A DNA stretch of 64,000 nucleotides from Candidatus Sumerlaeia bacterium (GTDB lineage: Bacteria > Sumerlaeota > Sumerlaeia > SLMS01 > JANRJK01), in the NCBI GenBank assembly GCA_033764015.1, contig JANRJK010000036.1:256001-320000 (forward strand). Reading direction: 5' to 3'. The notes below the pieces were generated by a model. It was given only the letters and a program-made list of their open reading frames with translations, had not been told where the DNA came from and searched no databases. This document shows, piece by piece, positions 28,426 through 37,124 of the stretch (its first letter is position 1; every line of letters begins with the position of its first letter). Made by a program: the position numbers and the translations under genes.

Positions 28426-30855
28426 ATGCGCCCCCCGGGGCGCCCTCGGAAAGCGGACATGGACGGCAGACCCCTCCCTGCCGAAGTGCCGGTGGCCCGG
28501 AACGCCTCGCAGACCTCTGCCCCGCCGCAAAGCCACGGCGGGACCGGGCCCTGTCTTCCGGCGCTCCTCTCCCCCCTCCCCTTCACCGAAGGCGACCTGA
28601 CCGCAGGCTGCGAGCACGAGCTCCAAGCCGCCGTCTTCGGGACGCGCGACAGCGTCGACCTCCCCCTCGTTATCCAACAGTCGAACTTCTACCGGAACCT
28701 GTGCAAGCGGGTGGAGCGCGGCGACGCGCCCCGCAGCGCGCTATCGAAGCTGGAGCACCTCCTCGAGGACGCGGGGCCGCAGGGCTGGGACAATAGCTGG
28801 GTGCGCTTCCCGCTCGCATTCCTGAACGAGGAGGCGCGGGCGACGCTGCGGGCGGACCTGCGCGCCGACAAGTCGGACGCCGCGAGCCCGCCCCGCGGCG
28901 ACGAGCGGAGCTTCTTCGTCGAGCGCGAGGACGGCGACCACTGGGTGCGGGTGCCTGTGAGCTACCTGCTGAAGCTGTCGCTGGCGCAGATCGCCGGCGG
29001 CGACGACGACCTGCCGGCGGGGCTCCGCGCGGCGGTCCGCGATCTGCAGCAGCACTACCTCTCGGACAACTCGTCCCCGGAGCTGACCAGCTTCCGGGTG
29101 GTGCCGCTGCGCGCCTCGCGGGGCCTCGGGCGGGCGCTCGGGACGGAGGCCGCCAAGCGCCTCCTCCTCACCTACCTCCTCGCCGAGTACGCCAACGACG
29201 AGTTCCGCCTGCGCGCCCTCGGGCAGGACGCGTCGGTGCACCAGTCCGCCAGCCCCAGCGCGCGCCAGCGCGAGATCAACGAGGCAGTGACGGACTCCTT
29301 CTACCGCGAGCTCTACATGAGCCCGTGCCTCTCCGGCTGGGAGCGCGGCGAGGAGAAGCTCGAGTACATGCGGCTCTGCCACCAGGTGCTGACCTGGAGC
29401 CAGCTCTGCGCGACGGTGAAGCTGCGCGACGCGGGGATCGTGGCGAACAACCTGATGGTGCCGCCCAGCCTCTCGACGCTGAGCCTCGCCAACAACGGCG
29501 TGCACATCACGATCGGCAGCCGGCGGCTCTCCGCGATGGGGCGCGCCGGGCACCCGGACTGGACGCCCGCCGCGGAGAAGCGCGTCGGCGACCTGGTGAC
29601 GAAGGTGGTCGAGCACTTCATGCCGCTCTTCCCCGGGGTCTTCAGCGCGGCGCCGCGCCGCATCGACTTCCGCCAGTTCCACCCGGAGCTGGTCCTCGGC
29701 TACCTGCCGCACGAGCTGGACTACTCGCACCTGCGCCCGCTCTGGCGCCGCTGGCGGCGCAAGGCGGACATCAAGTTCCTCGGCGCGACGATCACGCCCT
29801 TCGGCCCCCGGTGGATCGACGCGGCGGCGGGGACGCTGCTGGGGCTGCGCGGCGACTTCGTCCCCGACGCGCGGCTGCTCGAGTACCTGGTCTCGCCGCT
29901 CAGCACCCCCGAGAGCCCCGCGCTGGACGGGAGCGAGGGGAACTGGGACCGGCTGAAGAGCGACCTCGCGGACCACGGAGTCTTCCACAAGCGCCTCTCG
30001 CTCTACCTGATGTTCCGCCAGCGCTTCGCGAAGCAGCACGGCTTCTGCGGCTATGAAGGCCGCGCGCACAGCCTCTTCCCGCGCTTCAGCGACCTCGGCG
30101 ACGCGGCGAGCCTGCAGGCGCTCCTGTGCGCCCACGCCACCCGGCTGGTCGCGACCGGCGCGGTGGCGCACGCGGACATCCCCGACACGCCGGAGGCGGA
30201 GAGCGAGCGGCGCCAGTTCTTCTTCGCCGGCGCCATCGGCCTCAAGAGCCTCAACACCCGCCCGGAGGCGGGGAACCGCTTCCTCGCGGGGCTGCTGTCG
30301 CGCGCCGCGGACGCGAAGCCGAGCCGCCGCTATCCGGACCGCATGAAGGTGAAGCTCGCCGGCTACCGCCGCGCGCTGGTGGCGTCGCTGCGCGAGGACT
30401 CCGCGGACCTGGTGGAGCAACTCGGCCTGGGGGGGATGCTGGACGGCCTCGAGCGGCGCCTCGATCCCGCGACCGGCGAGGGCGCGGCGGAGCAATTGAC
30501 GCGCGGCATCCTCGCGGTGGCCGGCGCGCGGACGCCGATGGCGCTCTCCGCCCGCGAGTTCGACGAGGCGGCGGAGCAGCACGCGCTGGGGCTGCTGCGC
30601 GCGGCGCACTTGGCGGAGGGCCTCGAGTCGCTGCGCGCGGACCTCGCGCTGGCGGCGTCGCACGGCCACCCCGCGGCCGCCGCCGCAGGCGAATGGCCCG
30701 CCCTCTGCCGCGAGGCGGAATCGGCATTCGCGCGCGGCTCGCGGCTCGATCCGCGGCTCGTGCGCAGGCTCCTTGCGGCAACCGTCGCGTCCATCGCGGC
30801 GGACGCCGAACTCGACCACCTCCCGGAGGCGAATGATGCAGCACCAGTACATTGA
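28426..30855 (+). CDS. Large hypothetical protein, putative carboxylate-amine ligase of the glutamine synthetase/GCS fold
   Basis: Long ORF with GC-rich third positions. Motifs TAGCEHELQ, ELYMSP, NNGVHITIGS, GYEGR. Start uncertain (28426 or 28459 or later). CDS is confident; function is inference. Confidence 0.7.
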   Translation: MRPPGRPRKADMDGRPLPAEVPVARNASQTSAPPQSHGGTGPCLPALLSPLPFTEGDLTAGCEHELQAAVFGTRDSVDLPLVIQQSNFYRNLCKRVERGDAPRSALSKLEHLLEDAGPQGWDNSWVRFPLAFLNEEARATLRADLRADKSDAASPPRGDERSFFVEREDGDHWVRVPVSYLLKLSLAQIAGGDDDLPAGLRAAVRDLQQHYLSDNSSPELTSFRVVPLRASRGLGRALGTEAAKRLLLTYLLAEYANDEFRLRALGQDASVHQSASPSARQREINEAVTDSFYRELYMSPCLSGWERGEEKLEYMRLCHQVLTWSQLCATVKLRDAGIVANNLMVPPSLSTLSLANNGVHITIGSRRLSAMGRAGHPDWTPAAEKRVGDLVTKVVEHFMPLFPGVFSAAPRRIDFRQFHPELVLGYLPHELDYSHLRPLWRRWRRKADIKFLGATITPFGPRWIDAAAGTLLGLRGDFVPDARLLEYLVSPLSTPESPALDGSEGNWDRLKSDLADHGVFHKRLSLYLMFRQRFAKQHGFCGYEGRAHSLFPRFSDLGDAASLQALLCAHATRLVATGAVAHADIPDTPEAESERRQFFFAGAIGLKSLNTRPEAGNRFLAGLLSRAADAKPSRRYPDRMKVKLAGYRRALVASLREDSADLVEQLGLGGMLDGLERRLDPATGEGAAEQLTRGILAVAGARTPMALSAREFDEAAEQHALGLLRAAHLAEGLESLRADLALAASHGHPAAAAAGEWPALCREAESAFARGSRLDPRLVRRLLAATVASIAADAELDHLPEANDAAPVH

Positions 30856-31828
30856 GCGGACGAGCGGCGCGGTCCGCACGGAACGGCTCTTCAAGGACAA
30901 GGTCGTGCGCACGATCTACAGCGACGTGCGCGAGAAGGCGCCCTTCCTCCTCAACGCGCTGACGGCGGGATGGACAACGGACCTGATCGCATTCGTGACC
31001 TACGACTTCCCCGCAGTGCGCTGGGTGGCCGGGAACCAGAAGTTCCTCGACGAGCTGAAGCTCGACTACTCCGAGTGCATCCAGCCGATCGAGTGGTTCG
31101 ACACGCCGCGCAAGGTGTTCGAGCGACAGATCCGCTACTGGGAGTGCCGGCCGATGCCGGAGGACGAGGGCGTCGCGGTGTCGCCGGCGGACTCGCGCGT
31201 GATCGTCGGCAGCTTCGCCGAGACGTCCTCCGTGTTCCTGAAGGACAAGTTCTTCACGCAGGCGGAGCTGCTCGGGCGCGAGCGCTGGCGCGATCGGTTC
31301 GCCGACGGCGACTTCGCCGTGTGCCGCCTGACGCCGGACAAGTACCACTACAACCACTCGCCGGTTTCCGGCGTGGTGGAGGACTTCTACGCGGTCGAAG
31401 GCGCCTACCACGCCTGCAACCCGACGGCGATCGTCACGGTCGGCGACACGTACTCGAAGAACCGCCGCGTGGTGACGATCATCGACACGGACGTCGAGGG
31501 GGGCTCGCGCATGGGCAAGGTGGCCCTGATCGAGATCGTCGCGCTGATGATCGGCGACGTGAAGCAATCCTACAGCGACGAGAAGTACGACGCGCCGCGG
31601 GACGTGGCGCCGGGCCTCTTCATGAAGCGCGGCCAGCCCAAGAGCCTTTACCGCCCCGGCAGCAGCACCGACATCGTGGTGTTCGAGAGGGGCCGGGTCG
31701 CCTTCGAGCCCGACATCGTGGCGAACATGCGGCGCACCGACGCGGAGAGCCGCTTCTCCCTAGGCTTCGGCCAGCCGCTGGTCGAGACGGAGCTGAACGT
31801 GCGCAGCGCGATCGCGCGGCGCCTCTGA
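30833..31828 (+). CDS. psd: Phosphatidylserine decarboxylase family proenzyme (pyruvoyl-dependent)
   Basis: FERQI, VSPADSR, RLTPDKYHYNHSPVSG, NRR, RPGSST self-cleavage site. Overlaps the upstream stop. Confidence 0.85.
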   Translation: MMQHQYIERTSGAVRTERLFKDKVVRTIYSDVREKAPFLLNALTAGWTTDLIAFVTYDFPAVRWVAGNQKFLDELKLDYSECIQPIEWFDTPRKVFERQIRYWECRPMPEDEGVAVSPADSRVIVGSFAETSSVFLKDKFFTQAELLGRERWRDRFADGDFAVCRLTPDKYHYNHSPVSGVVEDFYAVEGAYHACNPTAIVTVGDTYSKNRRVVTIIDTDVEGGSRMGKVALIEIVALMIGDVKQSYSDEKYDAPRDVAPGLFMKRGQPKSLYRPGSSTDIVVFERGRVAFEPDIVANMRRTDAESRFSLGFGQPLVETELNVRSAIARRL

Positions 31829-31849
31829 CCTGCGAAAGGACCGCGTTCC

Positions 31850-32971
31850 ATGCAGGAGCTGATCTTCATTGGAGTCCTCGGCGGCGCGCTCGCCGCGCTT
31901 TACGTCTGGGCGTTCCGCACGCTCCCCGGAGCGCGCTGGCAATTCGCCGCCGCGGTACCGGTCGCGGCGCTCCCGGACGGCGGCTGGCGCGGACTGAACC
32001 TCACCTGGTACGGCGTGTTCTACGCGCTCGGCATCGCGGTCTCGAGCGCGCTCGGCTTCGTGCTGCTGAAGTCCATCGGCGCGCCGACGCTCCCGGTGCT
32101 GCTGCTCCTCGTCGGCACCGTGGCCGTCTGCATGCCGGCGGCGCGCTTCCTCGCCGGGATCATCGAGCGCAAGAAGGGCACGCAAAGCGTCGCCGCGGGG
32201 TTCTTCACCGGCATGGTGCTGGTCCCACCCGCGCTGCTGCTGATGAACGCATTGGTTGATTCAGTCAACCTTCCGCCGCTGGCGACGCTGGCCGCGTTCG
32301 GCGCGGCCTACGCGCTCGGCGAAGGCATCGGACGCCTCTCGTGCATCAGCTTCGGCTGCTGCTACGGGCGCCGCGTGGTCGACCTCGGCGCGGGGCTCCG
32401 GCGGCTGGTCGCGCCCTTCGCCGTCCGCTTCCGCGGGCCGACGAAGAAGATCGCCTACGCCTCCGGCTGGGAAGGCGTCGCGGTGGTGCCGATCCAGGCG
32501 GTGACGGCGACGCTCTACACGGCGGTGGCGCTCGGGGCGGCGTGGCTGTTCCTCGCGGGCGAGTACGGCGCGGCGCTGCTGCTCTCCATCGGGTTCACCC
32601 AGGTCTGGCGCGTGGCGTCGGAGTTCCTCCGGGCCGACTACCGCGGCGGGCGCAAGTTCACCGTGTACCAGTGGATGAGCCTCTCGGGCGTCGCCTACGT
32701 CGCGGCCTGGGTGGCGGTGCTGCCGCGCGAGGCGGACATGGTCCGCGCCGACATCGCGCAGGGGCTCGCCGCGCTCTGGACCGCCCCCGGCGTCATCGCG
32801 GTGCAGGCGCTCTGGCTCGCGGCGTTCCTCTACGCGGGCCGCAGCACCGTCACGGGCTCGACGCTGCGCTTCCACGTTGTCGACGAGCACCGCAAGTCCT
32901 TCGCGGCTCAACCGCCCCGGTCGGCTCCGCGACGCAAGGCGCCGAAGGCGAAGGCGCTGGCGGGAGCATAG
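31850..32971 (+). CDS. Divergent prolipoprotein diacylglyceryl transferase (Lgt) family membrane protein
   Basis: TWYG, GEGIGRLSCISFGCCYG, PIQ, R..SEFLRAD, many TM helices. Confidence 0.75.
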   Translation: MQELIFIGVLGGALAALYVWAFRTLPGARWQFAAAVPVAALPDGGWRGLNLTWYGVFYALGIAVSSALGFVLLKSIGAPTLPVLLLLVGTVAVCMPAARFLAGIIERKKGTQSVAAGFFTGMVLVPPALLLMNALVDSVNLPPLATLAAFGAAYALGEGIGRLSCISFGCCYGRRVVDLGAGLRRLVAPFAVRFRGPTKKIAYASGWEGVAVVPIQAVTATLYTAVALGAAWLFLAGEYGAALLLSIGFTQVWRVASEFLRADYRGGRKFTVYQWMSLSGVAYVAAWVAVLPREADMVRADIAQGLAALWTAPGVIAVQALWLAAFLYAGRSTVTGSTLRFHVVDEHRKSFAAQPPRSAPRRKAPKAKALAGA

Positions 32972-33205
32972 GGGGGGGCCGCCTACTGCTGGCCAGCCGC
33001 TCCGCGCGGGACAGCCCACCCGTTGACCGCGAGGCGCCCGTCGACTCCAGCGTCGCCGCCTCGCTGATGAACCGCACACTTGCGGGGCTGGCGAAGGCGA
33101 GTGCGTTCCAGGGGCGGGCAGTTCAGGCCCGGGCAAACGCCCACCTCGCGCCACCTTGCTCCTTGATTCAAGAGTCTAGAACCTGCGACGTTCCCAGACA
33201 GGAGA

Positions 33206-35521
33206 ATGGGTGGCGGTATGAGTTTGGAGCGGAGGCAGGGTGGAATGAGCCCGCGACCTGACATGAAGGCCGGTGTGATTCGCTTGAACGAAGAGGTAAG
33301 GGCGATTAGCGAGCCTGCCTACGGACTGACGCGACCTCCGCTCTCGATCGCGGTTCCTGTAGGGGCGGAGAATCCGGTGGGGCATATCCGGCTCTATCGC
33401 CAACCGATCCTCGCGGCGGCGGAGCGTGCCGGGCGGGCGATGGCCCGCGACGCGGGCCGGGCATCGGCAGTGTGGCACAAGACCACCCTCGGGGTCTGTT
33501 GCTTTGCCATGGTGCTGCGGCACGAGTTGATCCATGCGGCGTGTCATCTGGGCAGATTCCACGGCGGGGGACGCTGGCCTTACGAAGCGATGCCGACGGG
33601 GGTCCACGAGTTGCTCGCGGAGTTCTTCAAGGACAAGCCTTGGCGCGATCCTCTCCCGGTGACGCTTCAGCCAAGGCCGGAGGCAATGCAACGCTGGCTG
33701 GACTGGTGGCACGCCCAACAGGGGATGCTCTCGGCCAGCAATCCATATCGGCAGCACCTACCGTTGCGCGCGCTACGCCCAGAGCCAGTACGTGAAGTGG
33801 CGAAGCGCCTGGTGGTTCCGTACCGAACCGAGGCGAAGTCCATGGAGATTTCTGATGTTGCAGGGGGACTGGACGAGGGGTTGCTCGCTGGCTTCCTCGA
33901 TTCCACCGCTTCGCCTCTTCCGCCGGAGGGTGTCAGCGCGGGGCACATACGGCTGGGCCAGACGGGGCTTCTGGAACTGCTCGGCTTCGCTCGTGCGGCG
34001 CTGGAGGATGGCCTCCTGGGTGGCGTGGAGGTGCGGCTTTACGAGCAGAAGCCGGACAATGTGGAAGTCCCTGTGCACGCCAACGAGGTGCCGCTCAACG
34101 TCGAGAGCCTCGAAGCGCTTTTCATCGGGAGTGCCGAGTTGGATGAGCGAGCCCGCGCGGATGTCAATCGACTATGGAGTGCGGTCTCTGACCGCGATGA
34201 TGGCCTGCCGCTCGAGGTTTTCCAGTCGCGCCCTTGGGACCTAAGGATGCTGCAGGAGATGCACAGGTGGTTCGCCGCGGCGACAGACGTTGGGGAGGGC
34301 GAGTTCTCGTCGATGGTTATCGACATCAAGACTAGGCGCCCTTGCGACCATTTCCTCTGGGAGGAGACATTGATTCAGATGCGCGCCGGGGAAAGTGTCG
34401 AGCGTCGGCTGGCACATTGCCTGGACGATCTTGCGGCCCTGCTAGAGCGGGTGCGGAGTCTTCTCCGCTCCGGGCGAATCGGAGAAGTGACGGGCCAAGC
34501 GGAGGCGTTGGGAGCTTACGTCAAGAGTAGCGGAGTGACATTGATCCACCCCATTTACCTACCATTCCCGCGTGATGTCGTGCTCAAGTACTTCGGCCAT
34601 TCAGGAACCGGCGCCTCGTCGGATGGCGTGGTTGCAGATTCCGCGTTGCAGGCAAGCGAAGAGGCCGAGAAGAACGTCCGCAAGTTCGAGGAAAGTGCGG
34701 CGCGGCGTTTTGCATTCGACGACTCGGCCGCCGATGGCGCACCGCTCGCCACGCTGGCGCGTGCCTACCAGATCGAGAAGGACGAGACGTTCTGGACGGC
34801 GGCGACGTGGATACGCGTCTTCGAGTCGCCGAGGCGTGCGGAGTTGCTGGAGAAGCTTCTGCGCCAGGCCTTCGACGGGAGAGATCCGATGCCCCTTGAC
34901 GGCGAACTTGCCGATTGGAGGAGATGCCTCGAGGGTAGGTTGAGACTGAGGCTGGAGGCAGTACACCCATCACCCGCAAGGTACAAAAAGTGGCTTGGCG
35001 AGGAGATCGAGAACGGCGGTGAGTTCCGTCACCTGGTGCCACATGTAGCCCGGGTCGCCAAGGGGAAGACTCACCTGGAGGGTGGCACGCACGTCGATGC
35101 ACTCATCGTGAACGAGAGCAATGGCTTCGCCGTCGCCATAGAGGCAAAGGTCCTATCAGACATTTCCCCATACGTGACCTATGACATGCGGCGAAACCAG
35201 ATCGCGCGGAACCTCGACGTGATGATGGACGACGCACGGACGCACGGCGCGCGATATGAGGGTTTGGAACCCATGTTTCTCGCGCGACGCAGCGATCGGA
35301 CGCTCTTCCTGCTCCAGACCCCGCGGGTGTTCCAGCGACCCGGCAGGTCGCGCCTTTACTGGTACAAGTATCACGACTATATCGCCTCCGACGGGGCCAT
35401 CCAAGCGGACCTGCCGCATCGAACCGCGGACGAGTGCGCCGGATGGGGCAGGAGGATAGGCTGGCTGACGTGGGAGGACTGTCGGGAAATAGACGGCACT
35501 ATCTGCCAATGGTTGACCTGA
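33206..35521 (+). CDS. Hypothetical protein with N-terminal HEXXH motif and C-terminal PD-(D/E)xK nuclease-like domain
   Basis: RHELIHAA; EGGTHVDALI...IEAKVLSDIS...RNQIARNLD. Codon usage visibly less GC-biased than the flanks. Start uncertain. Confidence 0.65.
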   Translation: MGGGMSLERRQGGMSPRPDMKAGVIRLNEEVRAISEPAYGLTRPPLSIAVPVGAENPVGHIRLYRQPILAAAERAGRAMARDAGRASAVWHKTTLGVCCFAMVLRHELIHAACHLGRFHGGGRWPYEAMPTGVHELLAEFFKDKPWRDPLPVTLQPRPEAMQRWLDWWHAQQGMLSASNPYRQHLPLRALRPEPVREVAKRLVVPYRTEAKSMEISDVAGGLDEGLLAGFLDSTASPLPPEGVSAGHIRLGQTGLLELLGFARAALEDGLLGGVEVRLYEQKPDNVEVPVHANEVPLNVESLEALFIGSAELDERARADVNRLWSAVSDRDDGLPLEVFQSRPWDLRMLQEMHRWFAAATDVGEGEFSSMVIDIKTRRPCDHFLWEETLIQMRAGESVERRLAHCLDDLAALLERVRSLLRSGRIGEVTGQAEALGAYVKSSGVTLIHPIYLPFPRDVVLKYFGHSGTGASSDGVVADSALQASEEAEKNVRKFEESAARRFAFDDSAADGAPLATLARAYQIEKDETFWTAATWIRVFESPRRAELLEKLLRQAFDGRDPMPLDGELADWRRCLEGRLRLRLEAVHPSPARYKKWLGEEIENGGEFRHLVPHVARVAKGKTHLEGGTHVDALIVNESNGFAVAIEAKVLSDISPYVTYDMRRNQIARNLDVMMDDARTHGARYEGLEPMFLARRSDRTLFLLQTPRVFQRPGRSRLYWYKYHDYIASDGAIQADLPHRTADECAGWGRRIGWLTWEDCREIDGTICQWLT

Positions 35522-35749
35522 GCGGGAGCTTGATGCCGGACCCGGCACGGGCCGATCCGGCGCGCAAGAACGCGCTGCGGGGACGTGGGTACCGCTTGGG
35601 CGCCATGCGATGAACCGATACTGACCTTCCCGTGCTCTCTTGACGATGTTGCGCTCTGGCTGCGGCCACGAACCGAGTGTCCGCCCGCAAACCCTACCCC
35701 TACCACATGCTGGTCTATCCGGACATCGCCGCGCGGGCCTGATCCAGCC

Positions 35750-37105
35750 CTACCCCCGGTTCATGCGTTCCGAGATGGCGAAGGCGAGTTCCATGGACTG
35801 CTCGTAGTTGAGGCGCGGGTCCGTGGGGGATTCGTAGCCGCTGGCGAGGTCGGCCTCGGTGACTTGGGAGGCGCCGCCGATGCACTCGGCGACCTTGTCG
35901 CCGGTGAGTTCGAAGTGGACGCCGCCGAGGACGGAGCCCGCCGCGCGGTGCAGGTCGATGGTGAGTTGCACTTCGCGGGCGATGGATTCGAAGGGGCGCG
36001 TCTTGCGTCCGGAAGCGGTGGTGATCGTGTTGCCGTGCATCGGGTCGCAGACCCAGACGGGGCGGCGTCCGGAGGCGCGCATCGCTTCGAGGAGCGGGGG
36101 GAGCGCGGCCTCCACCTTGCCCGCGCCGAAGCGGCAGATCAGCAGCAGGCGCCCCGGTTCCGCGCCGGGATCGAGCGTGTCCGCGAGGCGGAGCAGCTCG
36201 TCGGGCGTCGCCTTGGGGCCGATCTTGACGCCGAGCGGGTTGCGGATGCCGCGGAAATATTCGATGTGGGCGCCGTCGGCCTGGCGGGTGCGCTCGCCGA
36301 TCCAGGGGAGGTGGCAGCCGAGGTTGTAGTGGCCCTCGCGGCGCGGCACGCGGCGGGTCAGCGCCGACTCGTAGGGCAGGTGCAGGCCCTCGTGGCTGGT
36401 GTAGAACTCGACGCGGTGCAGCTCGTTGATCGGCGTCTCGCAGATGCGTTCGATGAAGTCGATGGAGGAGGCGATGGAGCCGCGGATCGCGAGGTAGGCG
36501 TCGCGGATCGCGGGCGCGAGGTTGCCGCGCTCGAGGAAGGCGAGGTCCCAGTATTCGGGGTGGTGGAGGTCGGCGAAGCCGCCGCTCATGAGCGCGCGGA
36601 TGAAGTTGAGCGTCATCGAGGCGTGGGCGTAGCCGTCGAGGAGGCGCTGCGGGTCGGGGCGGCGGGCTTCGGGGGTGAACCCCGGACTGTTGACGAGGTC
36701 GCCGAAGTAGCTCGGCAGCGTCTCGCCGCCGATCGTTTCGGTCAGCGAGGTGCGCGGCTTGGCGTACTGTCCGGCGAAGCGGCCCACGCGGATGATCGGT
36801 TTGCCGATGCCCTGCGAGAGCACGAGGCTCATCTGGAGCAGGATCTTCAGCTTGTTGGTGATCTGGTCGGGCGCGCAGGAATCGAAGGTCTCGGCGCAGT
36901 CGCCGCCCTGCAGGAGGAAGCGCTTGCCGAGGGCGGCCTCCGCGAGGCGCTGGCGGAGCCGCTCGATCTCCCAGGAGGTGACGAGCGGGGGGAGCGAGTG
37001 CAGGCGCTGGACCGCGGCGGCGAGCGCGGCGGGGTCCGGGTAGTCGATGGATTGCTCCGCCGGCTTCCCGAGCCAGCTTGTCGGGGACCAGTCCTCCGCG
37101 GTCAT
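35750..37105 (-). CDS. 3-deoxy-7-phosphoheptulonate (DAHP) synthase class II
   Basis: LQGGDCAE, GRFAGQYAKPR, YTSHEGL, WIGERTRQ, CDPMHGNT, DPRLN. Confidence 0.95.
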   Translation of the reverse strand: MTAEDWSPTSWLGKPAEQSIDYPDPAALAAAVQRLHSLPPLVTSWEIERLRQRLAEAALGKRFLLQGGDCAETFDSCAPDQITNKLKILLQMSLVLSQGIGKPIIRVGRFAGQYAKPRTSLTETIGGETLPSYFGDLVNSPGFTPEARRPDPQRLLDGYAHASMTLNFIRALMSGGFADLHHPEYWDLAFLERGNLAPAIRDAYLAIRGSIASSIDFIERICETPINELHRVEFYTSHEGLHLPYESALTRRVPRREGHYNLGCHLPWIGERTRQADGAHIEYFRGIRNPLGVKIGPKATPDELLRLADTLDPGAEPGRLLLICRFGAGKVEAALPPLLEAMRASGRRPVWVCDPMHGNTITTASGRKTRPFESIAREVQLTIDLHRAAGSVLGGVHFELTGDKVAECIGGASQVTEADLASGYESPTDPRLNYEQSMELAFAISERMNRG

Positions 37106-37124
37106 CGGCGCCGGGGCGTGATGG

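Noticed and set aside
32972..35749. Mobile element boundaries around the nuclease-like gene
   Set aside because: No integrase, transposase, tRNA target or clear terminal or direct repeats seen.
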